Positions 37,050-48,304 are shown, counted from the stretch's first letter. The stretch: 64,000 nt of DNA from an uncultured Spirochaetota bacterium (GCA_963734545.1 CAVTHO010000007.1:448001-512000), one strand, 5' to 3'. Notes: generated from the sequence alone by a model not told the origin. A program made the numbers and translations.

Positions 37050-37867
37050 CGAAGCCTGCCCGGGGCCATGGGCGCCACGTGTCCCCAGAAGCGCGAATCC
37101 CAGCCGACAGTGTACCGGGTTCTCGCTCGTCTCGCCGTAAGAGCTTTTTCAACCACCAAGGCCACCCGGCCGGCAGGGATTCCGTTCGCGGAAGCGTGGT
37201 CGGTGTAGCGTTGGAATGATTCCGCGGATGCGCGATACCGGTCCCATTTTTCCGCATTGAGGTCTCCGGCCGTGTCCATTGCAGTGCTCTTGGACTTGCT
37301 CCAGATCGGGGTCGCAATATTGCCGGGCTCGATGATCGAAACCGATACGCCGGAAGACCGGATCTCCATGCCGAGGGATTCCGCAAGGGCCTCCAGGGCG
37401 AACTTTGCGGCCGAATATGCCCCGACAAAGGGAAGGGCCAGCCTGCCGAGGATGGAGCCCATGATGACGATCCGGCCGCGCCCTGCGCGGAGCATGGGAA
37501 GGAACGCCTGGGTCACGGCGATCTGCCCGATGACGTTCACGTCGAACTGCTTCCTGAGCGCCTCAGCGGGAAGCATCTCGAGGGGTCCTGCCACCGCGAT
37601 TCCCGCATTGTTGACCAGGCCGTGGAGCCCTCCGGCGTCCAGGCTGCGTGACACGGTTCGCGCTGCCTCGGCGATCGAGCCGCTGTCTGTCACATCGATC
37701 AGGACAGGAGTGAGGGCGCCCGACGCTTCAGCTTTCAGCCGTTCGCCGTCTTCGTTCCTGCGCACTCCGGCAAAAACGCGGAAGCCGCTGGATGCGAGCC
37801 TGAGCGCGCATTCTTTTCCAATGCCGGATGATGCGCCGGTGACGAGGACTGCTTTGCTGTTCTGCAT
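37013..37867 (-). CDS. Short-chain dehydrogenase/reductase
   Basis: TGASSGIG, NNAG and YSAAK motifs; overlaps the end of the GT gene convergently. Confidence 0.9.
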   Translation of the reverse strand: MQNSKAVLVTGASSGIGKECALRLASSGFRVFAGVRRNEDGERLKAEASGALTPVLIDVTDSGSIAEAARTVSRSLDAGGLHGLVNNAGIAVAGPLEMLPAEALRKQFDVNVIGQIAVTQAFLPMLRAGRGRIVIMGSILGRLALPFVGAYSAAKFALEALAESLGMEIRSSGVSVSIIEPGNIATPIWSKSKSTAMDTAGDLNAEKWDRYRASAESFQRYTDHASANGIPAGRVALVVEKALTARRARTRYTVGWDSRFWGHVAPMAPGRLRQWVVLKMVLRK

Positions 37868-37926
37868 AGGCTACTATAAGTAGTCCAAAATCCTGGCAAC
37901 TGTACAGGACCCGGCACGCGCAGGGG

Positions 37927-39529
37927 TCAGTACGTGTACACCACACCCAGGCTCAGGTAGTTGTTCAGTGCGTTTGATGAGCTCAAGTCGACGTTCAAGA
38001 CGTACTGGAAAGTGTAACCGAGGCTCACCTGGACATGCCCTATCGGGGTGTCCAGATTGAGCTTTGCATCGACTCCCGCCTGGATGGATTTTTCCAGCCT
38101 CGACTGTGTCAGAAACCGGGTATAGCCCAGACCCGGGGGAAGCGGAAAGCCCGGCTTGAAAGTGGCGTCGCCGCCTACGTACCCGTCGTCAAAGATTGTT
38201 CCGTTGCCACCTGCCCGGAATGCCTTCGGACCCGTTGCCATGCAATGTCAGGCGTCCAAAAACATTGAGATCCAGGTAGGTGACAGGCCGGAGCAGCGCG
38301 CTCACTTCAAATCTTGCCGAGTCCGGTTGAATGGAGGGGCCAATGTTCTGCCCGCCATTGGTATAGTTGAGGTAGTTTGGGTCGGTCGGGTTGGAGGTGT
38401 CGCCTTTGTGCGAGTACGTGTACGGCGTGACCAGGAGAATATTCGCGCTCAATCTGGTGAGAAAGGGCAGATTCGGTGTCCAGGAAACGCCGGCCTGGAA
38501 TGACAGAATAAGCATCGTGTTGAAGCGAAGTCTCAACAGATCGTTGAAGCTGGCATCGTCGAAGTAGAGCACGAAATCCGTCTTGATGGCACCGGGAAAC
38601 TTGATCCCTCCCGATATTCCTATGAATGAATTGTCAGAATAGCCGCCCATTCCCTGGGCATAAAACGAGATCACGGGAAGAAGGTAGAGCGGCTCGAACC
38701 TCGGGCCCCAGATGACGGATTCGAAGACACCCAGCGTAAGCCAGTCTGTTGGATAGAGCTCCAGCCCGTTGAGAGCCATGAACTTGGTCGGCTGGTCGCT
38801 TCTGCCGCCGTCGTTGTTGGTTCCCGAGATCTCCATGAGAGCCATCGTCACCGTGTAGGAACCCTGCTGCAGGGTCAGGGAAAAATGCCCCGATTGCGGC
38901 GAGGATGGGCTCAGGATCGCATTGTCGCCCCAGAACGGGCCAAAAGAGCTGCGCAGAACGCCGGCCTGAAAATAGGTGGACTCGTTGCCGAGCGCTGTGC
39001 CGGCCACCATGCTCATCCGGGGCGTCAGGCCTGTTGATCCAATCGGACTCACGGAGCCATCGTCCACGAAGTCCACGTCGGTGCGCCCGAACTCCGGCAG
39101 CATGGAGTTGCCTGATCCCTGCAAGGCCATGATCCCGGTTATCGTCGAATAGGAGATGGAAGGAACCAGGCTGCCCTGCATCGAGCCCTCGACGCCTACC
39201 TGCGCATAGCCCCCGCTCATGTCCGTCCGTCCAAGGCTGCTGATCACCGCGTGGAGGTGGTTGCCTTCTCCCATCTGCCCCAGGTACATGCGCGCCAGCT
39301 CTTGATCGGCCTCGTTTCCCCGTTCAACAACGCCATTGAGGACTTTCTTCACCAGTTGCAGCGGGTAGGGCCGCAGCGGGGGCAGGCTGCCTATCAGGCC
39401 GCGATTCTGCCAGAGCTCGAGATCCGTGTAGAGTCGGTCGTTCGGGTTTGCAACGATTTGACCGAAGCTTGGAGCAACACTCAGGGCAAGCAACACGAAT
39501 AACAGATATCTCAGTTTGAATACTTTCAT
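37927..39529 (-). CDS. Putative outer-membrane beta-barrel, capsule-assembly Wzi-like (frameshift near 38215)
   Basis: Signal peptide; YTDLELWQNRGLI..LRPY helical N-terminus; LGVFESVIW; alternating beta strands ending LSLGVVYTY. Confidence 0.6.
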
Positions 39530-39600
39530 TGTGTGTTCAGTAGTATAGCACTTCATGCCAATGTACTCAAAGACCATCACGTAGCTATTGATTATTTGCC

Positions 39601-40174
39601 GTGCCGGTGTATAATGTTCATAGATTGAACACCTTGGATACGGCAGATCACGAATATGCTCTCCTGGAGAGCATCTATCGCCACAAAGAGACAAGGCCCG
39701 TCAGGCAGCGGGATCTGGCAAGAATCGTCGGCATATCCCTCGGAATGACCAACGTCATTCTCCGCAAGCTCGCCCAGAAGGGGTGGGTGATCGTCCGCAG
39801 GATCAACAGCAGGAACATACAGTACGCCGTCACGCCGGCAGGGATTGATGAGATCAGCAGGCGAAGTTACAAGTTCTTCAAGAAGACGATCCGAAACGTC
39901 GTCTACTACAAGGATGCGCTGGAACGGTTCCTCCTGAGCGCCAAGGCCAGGAATTTCCAGAGCGATAGTTCTCGTGGGCAAGAGTGATTTCGATTTTGTT
40001 CTCGCGTTCCTCTGTCAGAAACACAAGCTGGAGTTTACGCAGTCCGAGACGGGCGACTGCGCGGAAGGTGCACTGCTCGCATACGCGGAGGACATAGAGT
40101 ACGCGCCGCCGGAAAACGACGCGGCAGCGCGTCCGGAGGGAGTGTACCTTCACGACATACTGATCGGTCTCTGA
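39601..40174 (+). CDS. MarR-like winged-helix regulator of the polysaccharide locus (start uncertain; frameshift near 39965)
   Basis: RQRDLARIVGISLGMTNVILRKLAQKGW..YAVTPAG, typical of EPS-associated MarR proteins. Confidence 0.8.
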
Positions 40175-40288
40175 GCAGCTCGTTTCGGCGGCGTTCAGGA
40201 GTCCCCTCAGGTTTCAGCACGCATCCGGGTCCCGCGAAATTGCGCGGGGGACCCCGCGCGCCCGAAATCCATCTGCACACGGAGAAAG

Positions 40289-40982
40289 ATGTATCCAGTA
40301 GTCATACTCTGCGGCGGGCTGGCAACCCGCCTGCGTCCGCTCACAACGAACATACCCAAGTCACTCATCGACGTGGCCGGAAGGCCCTTCATCGAGCACC
40401 AGCTCGCCCACCTGCACGGGCAGGGGGTGCGCCGGGTGATTCTCTGCGTGGGCCACGGCGGGGAGCTGATCCAGGAGAGAATAGGGGAGGGCGGGCGCTT
40501 CGGCATGCAGATACAATACGTGTCCGACGGGCCGCGCCTGATGGGAACAGGCGGCGCGCTGAAGGCTGCCGCGCCTCTTCTTGACGGACCATTCTTTGTG
40601 CTGTACGGAGACTCCTATCTATCTGTAGACTACGCGGCCGTTGCGGACTCTTTCGATCAGGCGGGAACGCTCGGCTTGATGACCGTGTACCGCAACGAGG
40701 GAAAGTGGGACACGAGCAACGTCGTCTATGAACAGGGACGGATTCTTGTGTACGATAAAAAGAATCCCGTGCCCGCGATGCGCCACATAGATTACGGGCT
40801 TTGCATGTTGAAGACAGAGGCACTGGACCGGGTTCCGCCCGACCAACCCTACGATCTCGCACTGTTGTACGGCAGGCTGGTGACAGAGGGTCAGCTTGCC
40901 GGCTTCGAGGTTTTCCAGAGGTTCTACGAGATCGGCACGATCGAGGGACTGACCGAGACCAGAGAGATGTTTGCAAAAATGA
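40289..40982 (+). CDS. hddC: Sugar-1-phosphate nucleotidyltransferase, HddC-like
   Basis: LCGGLATRL, PKSL, GTGGAL, YGDSY and FYEIG. The stop appears lost through an extra A at gcaaaaatga, so the frame reads into gmhA. Confidence 0.75.
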
Positions 40983-40993
40983 AAGGCGGGAAA

Positions 40994-41592
40994 ATGGACA
41001 CCTACACGACGACTCACCTGCAAGAGGCATCCCGGATCATCCCCCTCATCGACACCGAAAAGATAGAGACGATTGTGCGGATGATTGCCGAACTGCGCAC
41101 CCGTGGGGGACGTCTCTTTTTCTCGGCGTGGGAGGAAGCGCGGCAAACGCATCCCACGCGGTGAATGATTTCCGGAAGCTCGCCAATATCGAATCGTATT
41201 CCCCGACGGACAATGTTTCGGAGCTCACGGCTCGAACGAACGACGAGGGATGGGAAACGGCGCTGGCCGGGTGGCTCAAGGGGAGCCGGCTCACGAAGAA
41301 TGACATGCTTTTCGTGCTTTCCGTGGGGGGCGGAAGCCTGGAGCCTTCCGTCAGCCCCAACCTCGTGCGCGCCATCCAATTCGGGAAAGAAGTCGGGGCC
41401 AGGGTGGTCGGCGTGGTCGGCAGGGACGGCGGCTATACCGCGCAAGTGGCAGACTGCGCGGTGATCGTGCCGACGGTGAACCCCAAGACAGTGACGCCGC
41501 ACTCCGAAGCATTCCAGGCAGTCATCTGGCACCTCATCGTTTCACACCCCGCCCTCCAGGCGAACAGCACGAAGTGGGAGTCGGTACGATAG
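40994..41592 (+). CDS. gmhA: Sedoheptulose-7-phosphate isomerase-like SIS protein (frameshift near 41120)
   Basis: GVGGSAANASH, TARTNDEGW, SVGGG and HSEAFQ motifs; heptose operon context. Confidence 0.8.
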
Positions 41593-42128
41593 GGGACAGG
41601 AGCGCAGTCTTTTTCGACCGGGACGGCGTGCTCAACGAGGCGATTGTCCGGGACGGAAAGCCCTATCCGCCGGGCAATCTGGCCGAGGTGAAGCTCGTCG
41701 AGGGAGCGATCGAGGGGTGTCGTCTCCTCAAGAGCGCGGGCTTTCTGCTCATCGGCGTGACGAACCAGCCGGATGTCGCGCGGGGAACCGCGCCCAAAGA
41801 ACAAGTCGAAGGGATAAACGATCATATCCGCGCGCGCGTCGGGCTGGATGAATTCCGCGTCTGTTATCATGACGATGCAGATCAGTGCTCCTGTCGAAAG
41901 CCGAAACCGGGCCTGCTTCTCGATGCCGCGAAAGACTGGGGCATCGACCTTGGCAGCAGCTTCATGGTGGGGGACAGGTGGAGGGATGTGCAGGCCGGCG
42001 CACGCGCGGGGTGCAGGACGGTGTTCCTGGACCGGGGGTACAAGGAAAATCTTCGGGACACGCCAGACGCGACAGTGTCTTGTTTTGAAGACGCAGTCTC
42101 CTGGATTCTCGAAAGGAGAGGGAAATGA
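41574..42128 (+). CDS. gmhB: Heptose-1,7-bisphosphate phosphatase
   Basis: FFDRDGVLN, TNQ, CYH..CSCRKPKPG and MVGD motifs. Confidence 0.88.
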   Translation: MGVGTIGDRSAVFFDRDGVLNEAIVRDGKPYPPGNLAEVKLVEGAIEGCRLLKSAGFLLIGVTNQPDVARGTAPKEQVEGINDHIRARVGLDEFRVCYHDDADQCSCRKPKPGLLLDAAKDWGIDLGSSFMVGDRWRDVQAGARAGCRTVFLDRGYKENLRDTPDATVSCFEDAVSWILERRGK

Positions 42129-42847
42129 CGGGGGAAGCAATCGGGAAGTTGAAAACGAAAATCTTTGCAGATGGCGCGGACAAAGAGGCCATTCTGGCGC
42201 TTTATGGAAAGCCATACATCAAGGGCTTCACCACCAACCCGACGCTGATGCGCAAGGCAGGCATCTCAAACTACAAGGAGTTCGCTCTCGATATCCTCAA
42301 GGAAATTCCCGACAGACCCTTCTCTTTCGAGGTTTTCGCGGATGAAATGCCCGAGATGGAGAGACAGGCGCTCACGATCGCCCAGTGGGGAAAGAACGTC
42401 TACGTGAAAATCCCCATCACAAACACGCGGGGGGAGTCCACGAAGGAGCTCATCCAGAAGCTCTCCGCCAAAGGGCTCCGGCTCAACATTACTGCCATCA
42501 CAACGCTCGCGCAGGTGCGCAATATCCTCACCTGCTTCTCCGGCAGCCCATCCAGCTACATATCCATTTTCGCAGGGCGGATCGCCGACACGGGCGTGGA
42601 TCCGTACGAGCTCATGAAAGAAGCGGTGCAGCTCCTCAAGCCGTATCCGAATCTCGAGCTCATATGGGCAAGCCCGCGCGAGCTTTTGAACGTTTTCCAC
42701 GCGGAAAAGATCGGATGCCACATCATCACGGTCACGCCTGACATTCTGAAAAAGCTGGACCTCGTGGGAAAAGACCTGACCGATTATTCACTGGATACGG
42801 TCAAGATGTTCTACGAGGACGGCCGCAAGTCGGGTTTCGCGCTGTGA
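42125..42847 (+). CDS. tal: Transaldolase (short FSA/TalC type)
   Basis: GFTTNPTL, YVKIP, NITA, SIFAGRIAD and WASPRE motifs. Confidence 0.88.
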   Translation: MTGEAIGKLKTKIFADGADKEAILALYGKPYIKGFTTNPTLMRKAGISNYKEFALDILKEIPDRPFSFEVFADEMPEMERQALTIAQWGKNVYVKIPITNTRGESTKELIQKLSAKGLRLNITAITTLAQVRNILTCFSGSPSSYISIFAGRIADTGVDPYELMKEAVQLLKPYPNLELIWASPRELLNVFHAEKIGCHIITVTPDILKKLDLVGKDLTDYSLDTVKMFYEDGRKSGFAL

Positions 42848-43806
42848 GATGTCTCGTCACAGGCGGTGCCGGGTTTATCGGCAGCTCCCTTGTCGACCGG
42901 CTCCTGGCGCAAGGTGAAGAGGTCGTCTGCTTCGACAATTTCGACACGGGTCTTGCCGAGTTTCTCTCCGGCGCGCAGGGACACGGGAAATTCACCCTGG
43001 TGAAGGGCGACACCCTCGACATTTCGGCCCTGAAGGACGCCATGAAGGGCTGTGACATCGTCTTTCACCTGGCCGCGAATGCGGATGTCCGGTTCGGCTC
43101 CCAGCATCCCCGGAAAGATCTCGAGCAGAATACGATCGCCACGTACAATGTCCTGTCCTGCATGAAAGAGACAGGAGTCCGAAGGATCGCATTTTCCTCC
43201 ACCGGGTCCGTGTACGGAGAAGCAGCGATCATCCCCACACCTGAAGATGCGCCTTTCCCGGTGCAAACATCCCTCTACGGCGCATCAAAGCTCGCCTGCG
43301 AGGGGCTGATCGCTGCTTTCTGCGAGGCATACGACTTCCAGGCCTGGATCTTCAGGTTCGTATCGATCCTCGGGGAAAGATACACCCACGGGCATGTGTT
43401 CGATTTCTACCGCCAGCTCTCTGACGGCTCCGGCAGGCTGGCTGTGCTCGGCGATGGCACGCAGAAGAAATCCTATCTCTACATACAGGATTGCATGGAT
43501 GCAATCCTGCTGGCCATCGAGAAGGCTCGGGCAAAGGTCAGTATCTTCAATCTGGGGACGGACGAATACGTCGAGGTAAAAGATTCCATCCGGATCATCA
43601 CGGAAGAGCTGGGAGTACAGCCGAAGCTCTCCTTCAGCGGCGGGTCCCGGGGATGGATCGGTGACAATCCATTCATCTTTCTGGCATGTGCCAGGATACG
43701 GGCGCTGGGGTGGGCCCCGAAAGTGACGATCAGGGAAGGCATCGTGCGTACCGTTCGATTTCTCAAGGCAAACGACTGGGTTTTTGCCGCGCGGGGGACT
43801 CCCTGA
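42844..43806 (+). CDS. NAD-dependent nucleotide-sugar epimerase/dehydratase
   Basis: TGGAGFIGS, HLAA, SSTGSVYG and YGASK motifs. Confidence 0.9.
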   Translation: MRCLVTGGAGFIGSSLVDRLLAQGEEVVCFDNFDTGLAEFLSGAQGHGKFTLVKGDTLDISALKDAMKGCDIVFHLAANADVRFGSQHPRKDLEQNTIATYNVLSCMKETGVRRIAFSSTGSVYGEAAIIPTPEDAPFPVQTSLYGASKLACEGLIAAFCEAYDFQAWIFRFVSILGERYTHGHVFDFYRQLSDGSGRLAVLGDGTQKKSYLYIQDCMDAILLAIEKARAKVSIFNLGTDEYVEVKDSIRIITEELGVQPKLSFSGGSRGWIGDNPFIFLACARIRALGWAPKVTIREGIVRTVRFLKANDWVFAARGTP

Positions 43807-44783
43807 TGGTCATGACGCGAAGTCCCCTCCGCATCACCCTCGGCGGCGGAGGAACCGACCTGCCCTCATACTACCGCGAACACGGCGGATTCCTGGTTGC
43901 GGGGGCAATCGACAAGTACGTGTTTGTCACCGTCAATCGCCCGTTCTACCCCGGCATATTCATCAAGTATTCGAAGATGGAACAGGTGGAGCGGATGGAA
44001 GAGATCCAGCACCCGATAATCCGCGAATCGCTCAAAGCGCTGGGGTTCGAGAATCCTCAAATCGAAATCAGCACCTTTGCCGATATTCCCGCGGGAACGG
44101 GCCTGGGTTCCTCCGGCAGCTTCACCACAGCCCTGCTCCGCGCTCTCAGCGCCCACAAGATGCAGCCCATGCTTCCCAGCCATCTGGCCCGGCTTGCCTG
44201 CGAAATCGAGATCGAACGGCTGAAAGAGCCGATCGGCAAACAGGACCAGTACATAGCCGCCTACGGGGGAATAACCTGCTTCACATTCAATTCCGACAAC
44301 AGCGTCCACGCGTCTCCCCTCCGCCTGGACAGTGAGACCCTGTTCGATCTGGAGGACAACCTCCTGCTTTTCTTCACCGGCATCTCCCGCAGCGCGGGCA
44401 GCGTGCTGAAGGACCAGGATCAGCGGACAAAGCTCGCGGACGACCAGATGATCGCGAACCTGCACTACGTGAAAGACCTGGGAATACGAAGCAAGCAGGC
44501 TTTGGAGGACGGCAAACCCCGCATCGTGGGAGAGCTCATGCACGAGCACTGGCTGAACAAGAAGAAGCGCTCAGAGGGCATGAGCAATCCCCAGATCGAC
44601 GAATGGTACGAGCTGGGCAGGAAGAACGGCGCGCTCGGCGGGAAGCTGGTCGGGGCCGGCGGCGGCGGATTTCTCATGTTCTACACGGAAGATCCGTCCC
44701 GGCTTCGGCGGGCTATGACGAACGCGGGACTTTCCGAGGTGCGCTTCCGGTTCGACTTCGAAGGAACAAAGGTGATCCTGTGA
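43806..44783 (+). CDS. hddA: Heptose-7-phosphate kinase (GHMP family)
   Basis: PLRITLGGGGTD, PAGTGLGSS, GKQDQY and KLVGAGGGGF motifs. Confidence 0.88.
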   Translation: MVMTRSPLRITLGGGGTDLPSYYREHGGFLVAGAIDKYVFVTVNRPFYPGIFIKYSKMEQVERMEEIQHPIIRESLKALGFENPQIEISTFADIPAGTGLGSSGSFTTALLRALSAHKMQPMLPSHLARLACEIEIERLKEPIGKQDQYIAAYGGITCFTFNSDNSVHASPLRLDSETLFDLEDNLLLFFTGISRSAGSVLKDQDQRTKLADDQMIANLHYVKDLGIRSKQALEDGKPRIVGELMHEHWLNKKKRSEGMSNPQIDEWYELGRKNGALGGKLVGAGGGGFLMFYTEDPSRLRRAMTNAGLSEVRFRFDFEGTKVIL

Positions 44784-46103
44784 GCTCGATTGCAATCATC
44801 GGCACCGGCTACGTGGGGCTCGTGAGCGGGGCCTGCCTGGCTGACTTCGGCAACCAGGTCACCTGCGTGGACAGCGATCAACACAAGATCGAACGGCTGA
44901 AGGCGGGAGAGATCCCCATATTCGAGCCGGGCCTGGACCTGGTGGTGGCGCGGAACGCCGCGGCCGGCCGGTTGATGTTCACCACGGATCACGCGGCTGC
45001 CGTGCAGGCCAATGACGTCGTCTTCATTGCGGTGGGGACACCGCCCGCGGACGATGGAAGCGCAGACCTCCGGCACGTCGAAGAGGCCGCCCGCGCAATC
45101 GCGCGCGCGCTCAACGGATACAAGGTGATCGTGGACAAGAGCACCGTGCCGGTCGGTACGGGGCGCAAGGTGTCGGCGTGGATCGCGGAGGAGCTTGCCG
45201 CCCGAGGCGCTTCCTTCGAGTTCGATGTCGTGTCCAATCCCGAGTTCCTGCGGGAGGGCTCTGCCGTGCAGGACTTCACCCACCCTGATCGGGTGGTGAT
45301 CGGGTCGGACCGGCCCCGCGCGCGGGAGGCAATGAAGGAAGTCTACCGCGCCCTGTTCCTGAATGAGACACCCTACATCGAAACCGGCCTGGAAACGGCG
45401 GAGATGATCAAGTACGCGTCGAACGCGTTTCTCGCCGTGAAGATCACGTTCATCAACGAGGTAGCGAACCTCTGCGAGGCCGTGGGCGCGAATGTACAGG
45501 ATGTCGCGCGCGCCATGGGCAAGGACGGTCGGATAGGCTCAAAGTACCTGCATGCGGGGCCCGGCTACGGCGGCTCCTGTTTTCCAAAGGACACCCGGGC
45601 CATGGCACGCACGGGGCGTGACTACGGGGCGCCCCTCAGCGTCGTGGAGACGACCATAACGGCAAACGATCGACAGAAAGAGCGCATGGTGCGGAAGATC
45701 GAGGAAGGCCTGGACGGCGTGAAAGGCAAGACAATCGCCGTGCTGGGTCTTTCATTCAAGCCGAATACGGATGACGTCCGGGAAGCGCCCGCGCTGACGA
45801 TCTGCGAAGGGCTGGCCGCACACGGGGCCTTCCTGCGCGTCTGGGACCCCGCAGGCATGAATGAGGCGGCATGGCGGCTCGAGCATATCCGCGGGAAGCT
45901 TACGTTTGCCCGCGATGAGTATGACGCGCTGGATGGAGCGGATGCGCTGGTGATCGTGACGGAGTGGAACCAGTTCCGCAACCTCGACCTGGACAGGGTG
46001 AAGGGTCTCATGAAGTCCCCGCTCTTTTTCGACCTGCGGAACATCTACGTGAAAGCAGGATGTCGTGGCAAAGGGATTCACGTACTTCGGAGTGGGCAGG
46101 TAG
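44780..46103 (+). CDS. ugd: UDP-glucose 6-dehydrogenase (frameshift near 46054)
   Basis: GTGYVG, AVGTP, KSTVPVG, SNPEFLREG, GGSCFPKD, FKPNTDD and DLRN. The probable true end ..FTYFGVGR* at 46103 is in another frame. Confidence 0.92.
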
Positions 46104-46105
46104 AC

Positions 46106-46978
46106 ATGAAAATGCAGGCAGCGAAACCTGATGGCCGCGACGATCGCTGGACCATGACCATCAAACCCAGATCGCCGCTGGTCAATATGAATATCGCCGA
46201 CCTGTGGCGACACCGCGATCTCATCGGCCTGTTCGTGCGTCGGGATCTCGTGTCCGTGTACAAACAGACGGTGCTGGGGCCCATCTGGTTCCTGCTCCAA
46301 CCGATAATGAACACCGTGGTCTACACGGTCATTTTCGGGAACCTGGCAAAGATGTCGTCGGACGGCCTCCCGCGCACGCTCTTCTACTTTTCCGGTACCA
46401 TGCTGTGGCAATTCTTCTCCACCTGCGTCACTAAGACGTCGGACACGTTCATCGCCAATGCATCCATCTTCGGCAAGGTGTATTTTCCCCGGTTGACAGT
46501 GGCGGTCGCAAACGTCTTCACGAACCTCATCACCTTTGCTATCCAATTCGTGTTGTTCCTTTGCATCATGGGCTATTTCATGCTTACCGGGGCTCCTGTC
46601 CATCCTAACCTTGCGATCATCCTGCTGCCGCTCATTATTCTCTTCATGGCAGCCCTTGGCTTGGGATTTGGCATAATCATTTCAGCCCTGACGACGAAAT
46701 ACCGGGACCTGAAGCAATTGGTGTCTTTCGGCGTTCAATTGTGGATGTATGCGACACCGATCGTGTTTCCGCTCTCCCAGGTGCCGGAGCAGTGGCGCTG
46801 GGCTTTCATCATCAATCCGATTACCCCTCTGGTCGAGGCTTTCCGATTCGCCTTCCTGGGCACGGGCACGGTGAACATGACATATCTTGCCGTGAGTGGA
46901 GGGGCAACCATCCTGATTCTGCTGCTCGGCATGCTGATGTTCGGTCGGGTCGAACGGACATTCATGGACGTGGTGTAA
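46106..46978 (+). CDS. wzm: Polysaccharide ABC exporter permease
   Basis: YKQTVLGPIW, KVYFPR, YRDL, YATPIVFP and INPITP motifs. Confidence 0.92.
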   Translation: MKMQAAKPDGRDDRWTMTIKPRSPLVNMNIADLWRHRDLIGLFVRRDLVSVYKQTVLGPIWFLLQPIMNTVVYTVIFGNLAKMSSDGLPRTLFYFSGTMLWQFFSTCVTKTSDTFIANASIFGKVYFPRLTVAVANVFTNLITFAIQFVLFLCIMGYFMLTGAPVHPNLAIILLPLIILFMAALGLGFGIIISALTTKYRDLKQLVSFGVQLWMYATPIVFPLSQVPEQWRWAFIINPITPLVEAFRFAFLGTGTVNMTYLAVSGGATILILLLGMLMFGRVERTFMDVV

Positions 46979-46980
46979 GC

Positions 46981-48294
46981 ATGCCGGAAACCGTCATCAG
47001 AATCGAGCGCCTCTCCAAACAATACCGCCTCGGGGTTATCAACCATGGGCGGTTGAGCAGGGACCTGCAAAGCTGGTGGGCCAGGGTGCGAGGAGTGGAA
47101 GATCCGAACTCGCGTGTTGATGGCGCTGGCCTGGGGCGCTCTTCGCCGGGCATCGACCGGTTCTGGGCTCTGCGGGATATTTCCTTCGATGTCCAGCGCG
47201 GGGACCGGGTCGGTATTGTCGGGCAAAACGGGGCGGGGAAGTCCACACTTTTGAAAATCCTTTCCCGTGTCACCGCGCCTACTGAAGGCATCATCAAAGT
47301 AAAGGGGCGCGTCGCCAGCCTCCTGGAAGTAGGCACGGGGTTCAGCCCCGAGCTGACCGGGCGGGAAAACATCTTTCTCAACGGCGCCATTCTGGGAATG
47401 CGGAAGACGGAAGTCCGTCGGAAGTTCGATGAGATCGTATCCTTCGCGGAAGTGGAGAAATTCATCGACACGCCGGTCAAGCGGTACTCGAGCGGAATGT
47501 ATGTGCGCCTGGCGTTTGCAGTGGCGGCACATCTCGAACCCGACATCCTTGTCGTCGATGAGGTGCTCGCGGTGGGAGACATCGCGTTCCAGAGAAAGTG
47601 CTTGGGAAAGATGGAAGAAGTGAGCAGGACGGAAGGCCGGACCATCCTGTTCGTGAGCCACAACCTGCAGGCGGTGCGGACTATCTGCGACAGGGCCATC
47701 CTGCTCGTCTCCGGCCGCATGGAGCTCGACGGCGGCACGGAAAGCGTGCTGAGCGCATATGGCCAGACGCTTCGAAACCTGAGGATCGACGAAAGTGCGC
47801 TTGTCGGCGATGCATCACGCCGGCGCGGCTCCGGGCAGATACGGATCACCTCCGTCTCCGTGCAGAATGTGTCGGGCGAGGAGAGCTTTCATTTCGCGAT
47901 GGGCGACACAATAAGAATATCTGTTTCCTACAAAGTACTTGAGGACTTGAAGGGCTGTGCGCTGTATATAGGCCTCAGGTCGAGCGCCACAAACGAGCTC
48001 GTGACATCAGTCAGACACGTCATCAGCGACCTTCGGCTTCCCGCGGGGTTCGTTGGAACCGCGACTGTCGAATTGCCGGATGTATTCTTGAGGCCTGGAG
48101 AGTACCCCTTCTACTTTCACGTGAGCGAGGCCTCGCTGGAGAGCAGGAAGTTCGATGTCCTCGACGATGCGACTCACCCGCTCGTCATCTCCCCGGGTGA
48201 CCGCAAGCTGTTCGCAAACTACGAACCTGAGCAGACTGTAGGCTACTTCTCCTTGCCATCGCGGCTGATCCAGAGCGAGCCAGTGGGCCGCTGA
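46981..48294 (+). CDS. wzt: Polysaccharide ABC exporter ATPase with C-terminal Wzt_C domain
   Basis: GQNGAGKST, YSSGMYVRLAFA, VDEVLAVGD and VSH, plus an approximately 170-aa beta-rich C-terminal extension. Confidence 0.92.
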   Translation: MPETVIRIERLSKQYRLGVINHGRLSRDLQSWWARVRGVEDPNSRVDGAGLGRSSPGIDRFWALRDISFDVQRGDRVGIVGQNGAGKSTLLKILSRVTAPTEGIIKVKGRVASLLEVGTGFSPELTGRENIFLNGAILGMRKTEVRRKFDEIVSFAEVEKFIDTPVKRYSSGMYVRLAFAVAAHLEPDILVVDEVLAVGDIAFQRKCLGKMEEVSRTEGRTILFVSHNLQAVRTICDRAILLVSGRMELDGGTESVLSAYGQTLRNLRIDESALVGDASRRRGSGQIRITSVSVQNVSGEESFHFAMGDTIRISVSYKVLEDLKGCALYIGLRSSATNELVTSVRHVISDLRLPAGFVGTATVELPDVFLRPGEYPFYFHVSEASLESRKFDVLDDATHPLVISPGDRKLFANYEPEQTVGYFSLPSRLIQSEPVGR

Positions 48295-48304
48295 GAGGGA
48301 ACAT

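Noticed and set aside
40289-41164. Apparent HddC-GmhA fusion
   Set aside because: Removing one A in gcaaaaatga gives a TGA stop followed by an RBS-like AAAGGCGGG and an ATG; consistent with the indel pattern of the window.
44603-46978. Apparent 791-aa Ugd-Wzm fusion
   Set aside because: An extra A near 46054 hides the normal Ugd end (TYFGVGR*, 46103). Wzm has its own ATG at 46106. Most likely an indel artefact.
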